Source: Candidatus Roizmanbacteria bacterium
GTDB lineage: Bacteria; Patescibacteriota; Microgenomatia; UBA1406; GWC2-37-13
Assembly: GCA_016214055.1 (NCBI GenBank)
Contig: JACRPE010000011.1
Location: 793-64,792 of the forward strand
Reading direction: 5' to 3'
DNA length: 64,000 nucleotides
Under the pieces are notes generated by a model. It saw nothing but the letters and a program-made list of their open reading frames with translations. It did no database searches and was not told the DNA's origin. A program made the translations under genes and the position numbers. Below, piece by piece: positions 45,802-55,404 of this stretch. Position 1 is the stretch's first letter. Every line of letters starts with the position of its first letter.

Positions 45802-46832
45802 AAAAGATTGATGAGGAAGAAAACAAGAATAATCTGGTGTTTGATGTTTACCTTCTCTGCCGTGTCCCACCCTCCCAGACGAATATAGGGATAGTATGAC
45901 ATCAAAAGTCCGAAGAAGAAAATATTCATACTTGATATCACCTCATCATAAAAAGGAAGAAAGGCAAAAAGAGCTAAGAAATACCAAGGTTGCACTTCCA
46001 TCTTGAAGGATAGGTAGGCAAGAATAAAAAGCTGGAACAGAAATGCGATGATGTATCCTCTTTTATGGAAAAGAAAAATAAGAGGGACTGTTATGTATTT
46101 GATGCCTGCTGAGAATAGAAAAAATAATATTCCACCAACCCGTTTCTTTTTAAAGACAAAATAAATGCCGATTATTCCGAGTGCTAATGCAACTATGTCA
46201 TTGTGTGACGATACTAACCCTTCGATGATGATAAGCGGGTGAGTGGCAAACATAATCGCCCACTTTTTATTCAACTTATTCAGAAGATACACAGAGGTGC
46301 CGTAACAGAGAATAAAAAATGCCTTAAACAGGAGAAATGACAGGGTGAACTTGCCAAAACCTAGGAATGAAGGAATGAGACTCAATAATAAAAATACCGG
46401 TCCGTAGGGATAGGTCCTATGGGTCCAGTGCATGAAACGGGTCCATTGGTCCGCCGGATAATCAAGCGCCCTCTGTAGATAGGGGTTTTGATGATAGTAC
46501 GTAAGTATCTTTGCGTCAAACATATAATTGAAAAAATCATGAGATAAAAAGGGGTAGGAAATAAGGAGGATAGCGCCAAGAATGAAAGCGATTTTTTTTA
46601 CCGAAATTTCCCTGTATTTTTTTACAAAGTAAAGGTGAAAGGCAAAAAGTAATACGACGAGTGACAGAAAAATATACCATGAGGTTTCCCGTTGATAGTA
46701 ACCGATTTGGACCGCTATGTCACGGAATGAAACCCAAAGTCTGTTTTGTACGAAAGTAATGTTCGGATCCACCAAAACAAAGGAGTACAGGCCTAAGACA
46801 ATGATGATGATGGAATAAATCAAATAAAGCAT
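45735..46832 (-). CDS. Polytopic membrane protein (DUF2029/MptB-like GT-C)
   Basis: LSHDFFNYMFDAKILTYYHQNPY..YPYGPVFLL. Its 3' end overlaps the convergent ORF by 67 nt. Confidence 0.45.
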   Translation of the reverse strand: MLYLIYSIIIIVLGLYSFVLVDPNITFVQNRLWVSFRDIAVQIGYYQRETSWYIFLSLVVLLFAFHLYFVKKYREISVKKIAFILGAILLISYPFLSHDFFNYMFDAKILTYYHQNPYLQRALDYPADQWTRFMHWTHRTYPYGPVFLLLSLIPSFLGFGKFTLSFLLFKAFFILCYGTSVYLLNKLNKKWAIMFATHPLIIIEGLVSSHNDIVALALGIIGIYFVFKKKRVGGILFFLFSAGIKYITVPLIFLFHKRGYIIAFLFQLFILAYLSFKMEVQPWYFLALFAFLPFYDEVISSMNIFFFGLLMSYYPYIRLGGWDTAEKVNIKHQIILVFFLINLFYFGLTFLLKRYKSLYNVVTRK

Positions 46833-46858
46833 GGCAATAGTCTATTGTATAATATACT

Positions 46859-48490
46859 ATGAGGAAAATCGTGTTTGTTCTCGTTTTTTTGTTCTTTCTT
46901 ATCCGACTTCCTTTTTTGGATAAAACATTCCTCCTTTATGATGAACGGGATACCGTCTTGACCCAATATTCACTCGCCAAAACGGGTAAAGATCTATATG
47001 GAAATAAGACTCCTTTGACATTCAGCCGCATATCTCCCCAAGCCCCTATTTTAGCTATGTATTATGGGGTTCCTTTTTGGTCTTGGGGACTTCCCAAAAC
47101 TGTCTCCATTTCCCGGTTGATTTACATGCTCCCCGCAACTCTTATTCCCTTCCTTGTATATGAACTTCTCTATGCAATTTTGAAAAGAAAAAAAATAAGT
47201 CTCCTTACCGCCGCCATTTTTTCATTCAGTCCGTGGGTCTTTCATATCAGCCGCCTTGCCCTTGAAATCAATCTGGCGTTTCCCTTATTTTTGGTAGCAC
47301 TGCTTTTCCAAGTCAAGAGAAAGCTACCCCTCTCTTATCTTTTTTACACCCTAACCTTTTTCTCCTACCAAGGCATCCGACCTCTTATCTTGGTGATGAT
47401 GATTGCGATTGAATTATTTGCGTATCTTCAAAAAAAAGAATTGAAACCTTCTGCGATACGGATCGCATCTCATATTGTGATATTTATTTTTCTTCTCCTC
47501 GCAAGCTTTGCAATCGAAGGAAATTTTCAAAAACGCGGCTCCTCTGAAATAGTTTTTTTCAGTCAGGAAAGATTGGCACAGGAAATAAATCATAACCGCG
47601 AAATATCATTATCTCCAAATTTTTTAAAAACACTGTTTGACAATAAAATAGTTGCCATGACCGATTATCTTTCAAAAAATATACTTTCAGGAATAAATAT
47701 TACATATCTCTTCAGGGATAGTGATTATGTCCCCGTATATAGTAACGGTGTCACCGGCCAGTTTTATCCTATCCTCGCATTATTCTTACTCTTCGGATTA
47801 TTTGCCCTCGGTAAAAATAAAAGGACTGACTCCTTTTTCGTCGGTTCATTCGCATTATTTGGGCTGGTTTCATCAGTTATAAATATATATTCACTCTCAT
47901 TCTCCATCCGTTCTTTATTCTCAGGTATCGGCTTTGCGTTTATCATCTCCCTTGGAATCATTGAAATATATTCGTGGCTTAAACAAAGTAAAAAGTTGAT
48001 GTATTACGGAGTGGGAGGATTTCTCATATTGCTGGTGGTATTCCAGGCTTTTTCATTTTATTACCGGTATACATTTCAGAGGCCGGTATGGCAAGCTGAG
48101 CTCTATAATGAATCCGAAAGAAAACTCGCCCTCTATCTTCTGGGCTCAAATACAAAATACTCAATCAGCACTGTAAATCCTTTCTCACATTATTTGAGCT
48201 ATTTGTTTTTGTCATCATTGACGGTGGAAGAAGTGAACGCCTCACAACACGAATTAAATAATAAAAACGCTTCCTATCGATTAAAAAATAATACTTTTTA
48301 CTCATGCAAAATCAACTCGATAGACTTGATTAAAGCTCCCGCATTGACGATACTCGATGAAGCATGCTTAACTGAGAAGGCAATAAATATACTGGAAAAT
48401 TCAACTTCTTTTTCATACGAGACAATTCTTTACTCCGATGTCAACCCGCTCCGGTCCGGAAAGGGAGTAAAATTTTATATATTTAATTAA
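46859..48490 (+). CDS. GT-C-like membrane glycosyltransferase
   Basis: LLYDERDTVLTQYSLAKTGKDLYGNKTPL. TATAAT lies 5 nt upstream of the ATG. Confidence 0.6.
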   Translation: MRKIVFVLVFLFFLIRLPFLDKTFLLYDERDTVLTQYSLAKTGKDLYGNKTPLTFSRISPQAPILAMYYGVPFWSWGLPKTVSISRLIYMLPATLIPFLVYELLYAILKRKKISLLTAAIFSFSPWVFHISRLALEINLAFPLFLVALLFQVKRKLPLSYLFYTLTFFSYQGIRPLILVMMIAIELFAYLQKKELKPSAIRIASHIVIFIFLLLASFAIEGNFQKRGSSEIVFFSQERLAQEINHNREISLSPNFLKTLFDNKIVAMTDYLSKNILSGINITYLFRDSDYVPVYSNGVTGQFYPILALFLLFGLFALGKNKRTDSFFVGSFALFGLVSSVINIYSLSFSIRSLFSGIGFAFIISLGIIEIYSWLKQSKKLMYYGVGGFLILLVVFQAFSFYYRYTFQRPVWQAELYNESERKLALYLLGSNTKYSISTVNPFSHYLSYLFLSSLTVEEVNASQHELNNKNASYRLKNNTFYSCKINSIDLIKAPALTILDEACLTEKAINILENSTSFSYETILYSDVNPLRSGKGVKFYIFN

Positions 48491-48509
48491 CTTAAGTTAT
48501 GTAATGCTT

Positions 48510-48566
48510 GTCATGCTGAATTCATTTCAGCATCTTGATAAGATCCTGAAACAAGTTCAGGATGAC
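48510..48566. mobile_element. Double-hairpin MITE-like element M6
   Basis: GTCAT-gctgaa-ttca-ttcagc-ATC ttgataa GAT-cctgaac..gttcagg-ATGAC. Confidence 0.7.
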
Positions 48567-48580
48567 AGTACATACATAAG

Positions 48581-49351
48581 ATGAATATAAATATGAATAT
48601 AAGCATCCTGATTGAAACATACAACGAAGAAAAAAATATTGCCGATTGTATCAGGTCGGCGCAATTATTGACTCAAACTGTGGTTGTGGTGGATATGCAA
48701 AGCACCGACCGCACCGTTGAGATTGCAAAAAGTATGGGAGCAACCGTCATCCCGTTTGATTCTCATCCGTTATACGTTGAACCCGCTCGGGAGTTTGGGA
48801 TAAAGCAGATTAAATCTGACTGGGTTATGATACTGGATGCGGATGAACGGATGACAAAAGAATTGGCTCACGAAATAACAGAGACAATTAAAGAAAATAA
48901 TACCTACTACAAGATCCCCCGCAAAAATATTTTTGCCGGAAAAAAGTGGCTCCAACACGGCGGGTGGTGGCCGGATGAACAGATGAGACTTATCAAGATG
49001 TCAGCGTTTAAGGCGTGGCCCAATGACATCCACTCCACCCCTAAAATCGAAGGAAAAATGGGATATTTAAAAGAACCTTTTTTACATTACTTTCATGGTG
49101 ATTTGCAAACCATGGTTGAAAAGACTCTCATATTTGAAGACATTGAGTCTGATCTTCTCTATAAGGCCGGAAGACCGGTATCAACCCCCACATTTTTCAG
49201 AAAATTCTTTGGCGAGCTATGGAGAAGACTGTTCAGGAACAGGGGCTTTATGGACGGCAAAATTGGTATAATTGAGAGTATTTATCAGGCTTTCTCAAAG
49301 ACGATAACATATCTATTTTTATATGAAAAAAAGAACGGCCGCACTCTATGA
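48581..49351 (+). CDS. GT2-family glycosyltransferase
   Basis: ISILIETYNEEKNIADCI, ILDADE, PRKNIFAGKKWLQHGGWWPD. Confidence 0.75.
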   Translation: MNINMNISILIETYNEEKNIADCIRSAQLLTQTVVVVDMQSTDRTVEIAKSMGATVIPFDSHPLYVEPAREFGIKQIKSDWVMILDADERMTKELAHEITETIKENNTYYKIPRKNIFAGKKWLQHGGWWPDEQMRLIKMSAFKAWPNDIHSTPKIEGKMGYLKEPFLHYFHGDLQTMVEKTLIFEDIESDLLYKAGRPVSTPTFFRKFFGELWRRLFRNRGFMDGKIGIIESIYQAFSKTITYLFLYEKKNGRTL

Positions 49352-50393
49352 TCCTTACCTTGACGTGATGGGCGGAGGAGAAAAACATATTCTTTCCATC
49401 CTGCAAGTGTTGGAAAAGGATGGATATGAAGTTTCCCTGTTTTGGGATCAGAACCTTTCATCTCAAATTAAAAATAAACTGAATCTTCAGTTTTCGAATC
49501 TTTCGTTTGTTCCTGATATCTTTAAAACACAGTCTCCGATTGAAAAAGTAAAAACGTTAAAAGATTACGATGTGTTTTTTTATGTGACTGATGGAAGTTA
49601 TTTCTTTTCAGGGGCAAAAAAAAATGTCATATTCTGTATGGTCCCCAATCCTGCCCTGTATAAGATGGGCCTTATGAATAAACTAAAGACATATGGTAAC
49701 CAATTCGTCGCCAACTCATCGTATACTCAAAAATTGTTGCAGAAATGGGGTATAAAATCTGACATTATCTATCCTTATGTGACGGAAGACCTTCTTCAAA
49801 CTAAACCGGAGATAGTGAAAGAAAAGATTATTCTGTCAGTCGGCAGATTTTTCGGCCACCTGCATACCAAAAAACATGAGGATATAATCAAAACATTTTT
49901 GACCTTTCAAAAAACCCATGGGGATTTTAAATTAATATTAATTGGCGGATTGAAAGATGAAGACAAGACATATTTTGAGTCCTTAGTAAAGCTCGTTGGG
50001 GATAATAAAAACATCGTATTAAAGCCCAATGCACCCTATCAGGAACTTCTTGAATATTACCGGAAATCCATGTTCTTCTGGCACTTTGCCGGATATGGAG
50101 TGGATGAAGAAAAGCATCCTGAGATGGTGGAACATCTTGGTATGACTCCTCTTGAGGCCATGGCCGCAGGAACCGTCTCCTTTTGTTATGAAGCCGGAGG
50201 GCCCAAGGAGATAATAACTGATGGGGAAAACGGATATTTGTTTAAAAATAGTGAAGAATTATTATCAAAAACTGAAAAAATATTGAAGGATAATAGTGAA
50301 TATAAGGAAGTTCAACAACGAGGACAGGAATACGTAAAAAAATATTTTTCATTCGCCGTGTTTCAAAAAAAAGTTAAAGAAGTACTCTTATGA
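49323..50393 (+). CDS. GT4-family glycosyltransferase
   Basis: EHLGMTPLEAMAAGTVSFCYEAGGPKEIITDGENGYLF. Confidence 0.75.
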   Translation: MKKRTAALYDPYLDVMGGGEKHILSILQVLEKDGYEVSLFWDQNLSSQIKNKLNLQFSNLSFVPDIFKTQSPIEKVKTLKDYDVFFYVTDGSYFFSGAKKNVIFCMVPNPALYKMGLMNKLKTYGNQFVANSSYTQKLLQKWGIKSDIIYPYVTEDLLQTKPEIVKEKIILSVGRFFGHLHTKKHEDIIKTFLTFQKTHGDFKLILIGGLKDEDKTYFESLVKLVGDNKNIVLKPNAPYQELLEYYRKSMFFWHFAGYGVDEEKHPEMVEHLGMTPLEAMAAGTVSFCYEAGGPKEIITDGENGYLFKNSEELLSKTEKILKDNSEYKEVQQRGQEYVKKYFSFAVFQKKVKEVLL

Positions 50394-51271
50394 TTTCAGT
50401 AATTATTCCAACATTCAGGAACGAAGAGGAGTTGATAAAAAACTTGAAACTCAACCTGCCTTTTTTAAGGGGGTGCGAGGTCATTGTGGTGAATGACAAT
50501 CCGGAAAGAAGCATAAAGAATGATCTTAAATCATTTCCTCAAATAATGTTAATAGAGAACGAAATAAACCTCGGCTTTGCGGGAGCAGTCCATAAGGGAA
50601 TCATCCATGCAAGAAAAGACTATATTTTACTTCTCAACAGCGACGTAGTATTAACGGACTCCTCATATATAAAGGCATTGGACACGATGAAGACAGATCC
50701 TCACGTCTTTGCGGTAAGTTTTGCCCAAAAGGAAAATGACGGATCAACGGTTGGGAAAAATAATATTTATTGGAGAGATGGATTTTTCCAACATAAAAAA
50801 GCTCATGATATAAAATCGGGAATAAACGGATGGGCTGAAGGGGGTTCATGTATGATGAATAAAAAAATATATAAGGAGATCGGAGGATTCGACTCCATCT
50901 TTGCCCCCTTTTATTGGGAAGATATCGACCTTTCCTACCGCGCGTGGAAGGCAGGATACGAAGTATTGTTTAATCCTGAAATAATCGTGCAACACCATCA
51001 TGAGTCAACAATAGGAAAGTATTTTTCAAAGGACACAATAAGATCGATCGCATACCGGAACCAGTTTATATTTATATGGAAGAATATTGAAGATAGTGCA
51101 TTATTATTTTTCCATATTGTTCGACTGTTATTTTTATTGCCTATTATGATTTTTAAAGATAAAACATATATAAAAGGATTTTGCGGAGCATTATTATTGC
51201 TACCAAAAATTATTGCAAAAAGAAAACATAGTAAAATAAGTGATAAAGAAATATTAAATATGTTTATATGA
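50390..51271 (+). CDS. GT2-family glycosyltransferase
   Basis: ISVIIPTFRNEE, VVNDNP, LLNSDV, GGSCMMNKKIYKEIGGFD..YWEDIDLSYRA. Confidence 0.8.
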   Translation: MISVIIPTFRNEEELIKNLKLNLPFLRGCEVIVVNDNPERSIKNDLKSFPQIMLIENEINLGFAGAVHKGIIHARKDYILLLNSDVVLTDSSYIKALDTMKTDPHVFAVSFAQKENDGSTVGKNNIYWRDGFFQHKKAHDIKSGINGWAEGGSCMMNKKIYKEIGGFDSIFAPFYWEDIDLSYRAWKAGYEVLFNPEIIVQHHHESTIGKYFSKDTIRSIAYRNQFIFIWKNIEDSALLFFHIVRLLFLLPIMIFKDKTYIKGFCGALLLLPKIIAKRKHSKISDKEILNMFI

Positions 51272-52878
51272 CAAAAAAAATATTCCTCATCCTGACCATA
51301 ATTGGCGCGATATCCGTTTTATTTTCAGTTGTGCAAAGGACCCCCAGTCCTCCCTGCTTCAATGCGGATGAGGCATCATTCGGTTATAACGCCTATTCAA
51401 TATTAAAAACCGGTAAGGATGAGTACGGAACCCTTCTTCCCCTTCGTCTCAAATCTTTCGGAGACTATAAACTCCCCCTTTACACCTACCTTTCGGTGCC
51501 TTTTATTGCGGTATTGGGGTTGAATGAATTCGGAACCCGTGCGCTCAACGTATTTCTTTCCTTTCTTCTTCCTTTTGCCGTTTATCTCTTGGCATTTCAG
51601 CTTTTCAAGAGTAAACGCGCGGGTATAATCGCCGCATTCTTAACGAGTGTTTCGCTTGGGTTCCATATTATCAGCCGTCACGCGCATGAGGCATACTTGG
51701 CAACTTTTTTAACCACGCTTACGTGTTATTTTCTCATTAAAACGCTTCATGGCAGGAGTCTGAGAAATATGTTGCTGCTTGCAACATCATCCGTCCTTCT
51801 TCTTTTCAGCTATCACCCGGGGCGCCTCTTCATCCTTTTCTTCCTTGGATTTGCATTTGTATACTCCTTCATTCAGAAACAAAAAAACATCGCCGTCCCT
51901 CTTCTCTTATTTGTTGCGCTCGTCCTATTCAGCTTAACGGATCTGGCCTATAATCCAACCCGTCTGAAAAATCTGGCCTTTTTCAATAATGCCGGCTTTC
52001 AGTTGAAAATACAGGAATTAAAGACGGAGGGTGGGATACGATATTTATACAACCCTCTCTTTGTAGGGTTGAAGGAAATAACCCTAGACCACCTGACCTA
52101 TTTCTCTCCCCAATTCCTCATTCAGAACGGAGATGAGAACAACCGGTTCGGCTTCCCGGGGATGTCTATTCTCACTCCCCTTGAGTATATTTTCTTTTTT
52201 GTCGGTCTGTACTTTATATTTAAAAATAATGAGAAATGGCGGTGGTTTTTTCTGCTTCTATTAATCGTGTCCCCGCTCTCAGCATCCCTTTCCTGGTCAA
52301 AGGAGTCCCTCACCCGGTCTCTCTTTCTCCTTATTCCCATTATCATTGCGGCTTCATATGGATTAAGCTCATCGTTGTATCAAGTCAAGAAACATTATCG
52401 CATATTGTATGTATTCTTCATAATTGCCATAGGCGGATTTTTCCTCATCATTTCATGGGACTATTATTTATTTCACTATCCGAAACAAAAAACAACCATC
52501 CACTCATGGCAATGCGGATATGGCGAAGTGGGAACTTATGTAGAAGAAAATTACCAAAAATACTCGCATTTTTATATATCAAAAGATATTGGTATGCCTT
52601 ATATCTTTATGCTTTTCTATCTGAAATATGACCCTGAGACGTATCAAAGACAGGCCATACTCACTGCGCCCGATGAATACGGTTTCGGACAGGTTGAGAA
52701 ATTTGATAAGTTCATATTTGAATTCAAATGGCCGAAAGATCTGCAAAAAAACTCAGTCCTCATCGGTTCGATTGACGATTTCAAGAATATTCCTGAACAG
52801 TATAAAGTTGATCCGGGCAAATTAAAGTCAATCAAGAATTACAGCGAGACGATGTTTCAGATATATGAGGGAAATTAA
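51268..52878 (+). CDS. ArnT/PMT-family glycosyltransferase
   Basis: CFNADEASFGYNAYSILKTGKDEYGTLLPL after TM1, 536-aa polytopic protein. Confidence 0.7.
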   Translation: MTKKIFLILTIIGAISVLFSVVQRTPSPPCFNADEASFGYNAYSILKTGKDEYGTLLPLRLKSFGDYKLPLYTYLSVPFIAVLGLNEFGTRALNVFLSFLLPFAVYLLAFQLFKSKRAGIIAAFLTSVSLGFHIISRHAHEAYLATFLTTLTCYFLIKTLHGRSLRNMLLLATSSVLLLFSYHPGRLFILFFLGFAFVYSFIQKQKNIAVPLLLFVALVLFSLTDLAYNPTRLKNLAFFNNAGFQLKIQELKTEGGIRYLYNPLFVGLKEITLDHLTYFSPQFLIQNGDENNRFGFPGMSILTPLEYIFFFVGLYFIFKNNEKWRWFFLLLLIVSPLSASLSWSKESLTRSLFLLIPIIIAASYGLSSSLYQVKKHYRILYVFFIIAIGGFFLIISWDYYLFHYPKQKTTIHSWQCGYGEVGTYVEENYQKYSHFYISKDIGMPYIFMLFYLKYDPETYQRQAILTAPDEYGFGQVEKFDKFIFEFKWPKDLQKNSVLIGSIDDFKNIPEQYKVDPGKLKSIKNYSETMFQIYEGN

Positions 52879-53540
52879 CTGAGGAAGAACGTGAGGCTGA
52901 ACGTATAAAACGCATGGATGATGATGGGAAGGAGGAGGCTTCTTCGTTGCAAATATAAAACAGATACAACTACGCTGAGCGCAATATCGGTCATCATAAC
53001 CTGGAGTATCACCGTCCCCGTCATGTGTTGACTGGTAAAGAGGATAGGAATATGGAGAAAGAAAAATAAAAGACTGGAAAGAGCTATCGATTTTAACGCA
53101 TTTTTTGATTCCTCAAAGAGCCGTTTCAGTACAAACCCCCTTGATAATATCTCCTCACTTACACTGGTGGCAAAGGCAACGATAAAAACAATAAGCGTCT
53201 GCGGTTGAAATAACTTGCTCAATTGTGCGAATGAGAATCCCTGTTTGAGCATGATACCGATATATCCGACGGCAAAAAAAGCAACACCCAACCCCACTCC
53301 CCATAACAAGTCTGATATGAGCGTTTTTTTATGCAGATCAACCTCATGAAAAAACGACTTCTTTTCAATCTTTTTTATATACCAGAAAACGGGCAGGATA
53401 AAGAAGATGGGCTTTATCAGGAACTCATCAAGCCATACGGGGAGGCTTGTCCCGAAATTTGCCCGGTAGATGCTCCAGAGAATCAGAATAATGGCCCACA
53501 CATTGAGAGATTTTTGAAGTGGAGAAACATTTTCTTTCAT
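52875..53540 (-). CDS. CPBP (CAAX) family intramembrane metalloprotease
   Basis: SEEILSRGF (EExxxR) and FFFLH / IIHAFYTF histidine motifs in a polytopic 221-aa protein. Confidence 0.75.
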   Translation of the reverse strand: MKENVSPLQKSLNVWAIILILWSIYRANFGTSLPVWLDEFLIKPIFFILPVFWYIKKIEKKSFFHEVDLHKKTLISDLLWGVGLGVAFFAVGYIGIMLKQGFSFAQLSKLFQPQTLIVFIVAFATSVSEEILSRGFVLKRLFEESKNALKSIALSSLLFFFLHIPILFTSQHMTGTVILQVMMTDIALSVVVSVLYLQRRSLLLPIIIHAFYTFSLTFFLS

Positions 53541-53579
53541 TACTCCTAATGTACTTTATTTGGTGGACAGATGCAAGGG

Positions 53580-53816
53580 TCAGACCCCATAGAGCAAAAA
53601 ACTCATGGTGATTTTAAGTGAGCGGGCAATTTTATGAAGCACGCGGACGGTTGGATTCACTTTTCCCTGTTCTATGCGGGCATAATAGGTCCGGTCGATG
53701 TGCGCCCGGTCCGACATATCTTCCTGGGACAGTTTCTGTCCCTTACGGATGGTAATAATTCTCAAACCGAGTCTTCGGTAAAAGAAGTCACCGTTCATAA
53801 TGAAAAAAACATACAA
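53580..53816 (-). CDS. XRE-family HTH regulator
   Basis: LGLRIITIRKGQKLSQEDMSDRAHIDRTYYARIEQGKVNPTV. Confidence 0.7.
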   Translation of the reverse strand: MYVFFIMNGDFFYRRLGLRIITIRKGQKLSQEDMSDRAHIDRTYYARIEQGKVNPTVRVLHKIARSLKITMSFLLYGV

Positions 53817-53963
53817 TATCGTGCAGATACTTGTCTAATGCTTATACACAACAAAAGTGGTATTTTAGCCTATTATAAAAAGATTTTTTTGACGATAGTA
53901 CTTTTACCTCAACGAGCCTGAAAAACTATTACTTTTGTTATTTCTTATTTTGCATGAATGAAA

Positions 53964-54036
53964 AGTACCTTCTCCTTTTTAATCCTTTCCTAACAACCTA
54001 AACCAACCATTTTGTTGTCTATATGCGACTGACAAA
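53964..54036 (+). repeat. Cassette 5' module U1
   Basis: agtaccttctcctttttaatcctttcctaacaacctaaaccaaccattttgttgtctatatgcgactgacaaa. A near-identical copy lies at 55324-55395. Confidence 0.8.
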
Positions 54037-54063
54037 TATTTTTCTTCATATTAGTATGTCTGC

Positions 54064-55035
54064 ATGAAAGAAAAAATAGTCATTTATAAAACAAATCATA
54101 ACGATATTGAACTGAAGGTTCAGTTTGAAGAAGAAACCGTTTGGCTCAGGCAAGATCAAATAGCTAAACTGTTTGGTAAGGAACGTTCAGTAATCACGAG
54201 GCATATCAGTGGTATTTTTAAAGACAAGGAGGTGGATAAAAGAAGCAATGTGCACTTTTTGCACATTGCTCATTCCGACAGACCTGTAGCTTTTTATAGT
54301 TTGGATGTAATTTTAGCTGTAGGCTATAGAACAAACTCATCTAGAGCTATCGATTTTAGAAAATGGGTAACACGCGTATTAAAAGACCATTTATTCAAGG
54401 GCTACACCATCAACGAAAAGCGCCTCCTGCAGGCAACAAATAACCTCAACGATTTACAAAGCGCCATCTCATTTTTGCAGGAAAAAGCAAAACACACCCT
54501 GCTAACCGGTCAGGAACAGCAAATTCTTTCCCTTCTTGCCGATTACTCAAAAACACTAACTCTGTTGGAACAATATGATAAAGATAAACTATCGTTGTCC
54601 CATAAAGGAAGGGGTACGTTTATATTGCAGTACAAAACTGCATATTCGGTGATTGGAGAGTTGAAAAAAGTATTATTTGTTAAAAAAGAAGCAAGCAGTA
54701 TCTTCGGGCAAGAGTATGAAGACAAATTCAAAGCAATTCTGGGAAACATCCGTCAAACCTTCGGCGGAAAGGAGCTCTATCCTTCGCTTGAGGAAAAAGC
54801 TGCGCACCTTCTGTATTTTGTCATAAAAGATCACTCCTTTGTAGACGGCAACAAACGTATAGGATCATTCCTGTTTATATATTTTCTCGACAGAAATAAT
54901 TATCTTTACAAACAAAATAGGGAAAAGAAAATAAATGACAATGCCTTAACCGCCCTCTCTCTTCTTATCGCCATAAGCAATCCGAAAGAAAAAGATACGA
55001 TGATAAAAATCATTACTAATTTGTTAAGAGAATGA
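54064..55035 (+). CDS. RhuM-family N-domain fused to a Fic/Doc domain
   Basis: The N-terminus VWLRQDQIAKLFGKERSVITRHI..YSLDVILAVGYRTNS is RhuM-like. The C-terminal HSFVDGNKRIG fits the Fic motif HxFx(D/E)GN(G/K)R. Confidence 0.8.
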   Translation: MKEKIVIYKTNHNDIELKVQFEEETVWLRQDQIAKLFGKERSVITRHISGIFKDKEVDKRSNVHFLHIAHSDRPVAFYSLDVILAVGYRTNSSRAIDFRKWVTRVLKDHLFKGYTINEKRLLQATNNLNDLQSAISFLQEKAKHTLLTGQEQQILSLLADYSKTLTLLEQYDKDKLSLSHKGRGTFILQYKTAYSVIGELKKVLFVKKEASSIFGQEYEDKFKAILGNIRQTFGGKELYPSLEEKAAHLLYFVIKDHSFVDGNKRIGSFLFIYFLDRNNYLYKQNREKKINDNALTALSLLIAISNPKEKDTMIKIITNLLRE

Positions 55036-55130
55036 CAAATGACAAAGATTCAAATCACACAAGTCAAGTTAAAGTAACAGATCCTAAAATTCTCAAAATC
55101 GAGCCCGTGACTGGAGTTTGGAATTTAATC

Positions 55131-55195
55131 CAAATAAAAATGGGAGGCGTCGCTCATAAGCGCGTAGCTTACGGGTCGTGTTCTCCCTGATGATT
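55131..55195 (-). ncRNA. Candidate small RNA S1, convergent with the Fic gene
   Basis: The minus strand reads TTGACA-N12-(TGG)TATAAT, then GGGGGTAATCATCAGGGAGAACACGACCCGTAAGCTACGCGCTTATGAGCGACGCCTCCC, then ATTTTTATTT (stem gggag../..ctccc plus T-run). Confidence 0.3.
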
Positions 55196-55260
55196 ACCCC
55201 CATTATACCACTTTCCCCCTGTCAAGGGATTTAATTATTTAATTATTTGTAATTGATTTG
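55167..55260 (+). repeat. Cassette 3' module D1
   Basis: cttacggg...ccattataccactttccccctgtcaagggattta...attatttgtaattgatttg. Second copy at 55865-55953. Confidence 0.75.
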
Positions 55261-55323
55261 CTTTGCCCCTCGTAGTCCTCCGATTCGGAGGACGAAGTGG
55301 GGTGGATTTATCATTAATGGAAG

Positions 55324-55395
55324 AGTACCTTCTCCTTTTTAATCCTTTCCTGACAGCCTAAAAACCCATTTTGTTGTCTATATGCGACTGACAAA
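55324..55395 (+). repeat. Cassette 5' module U2
   Basis: agtaccttctcctttttaatcctttcctgacagcctaaaaacccattttgttgtctatatgcgactgacaaa. Confidence 0.8.
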
Positions 55396-55404
55396 CTGAA
55401 TAGG

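Noticed and set aside
55200-55232. Reading TTGACA-N12-TATAAT on the minus strand as a standard sigma70 -35/-10 pair
   Set aside because: The spacer is 12-13 nt in all three copies, whereas clear promoters elsewhere in the window use 17 nt. I therefore treat only the TATAAT box (preceded by TGG in the two cassette copies) as promoter-like and regard TTGACA as a conserved element of unknown role.
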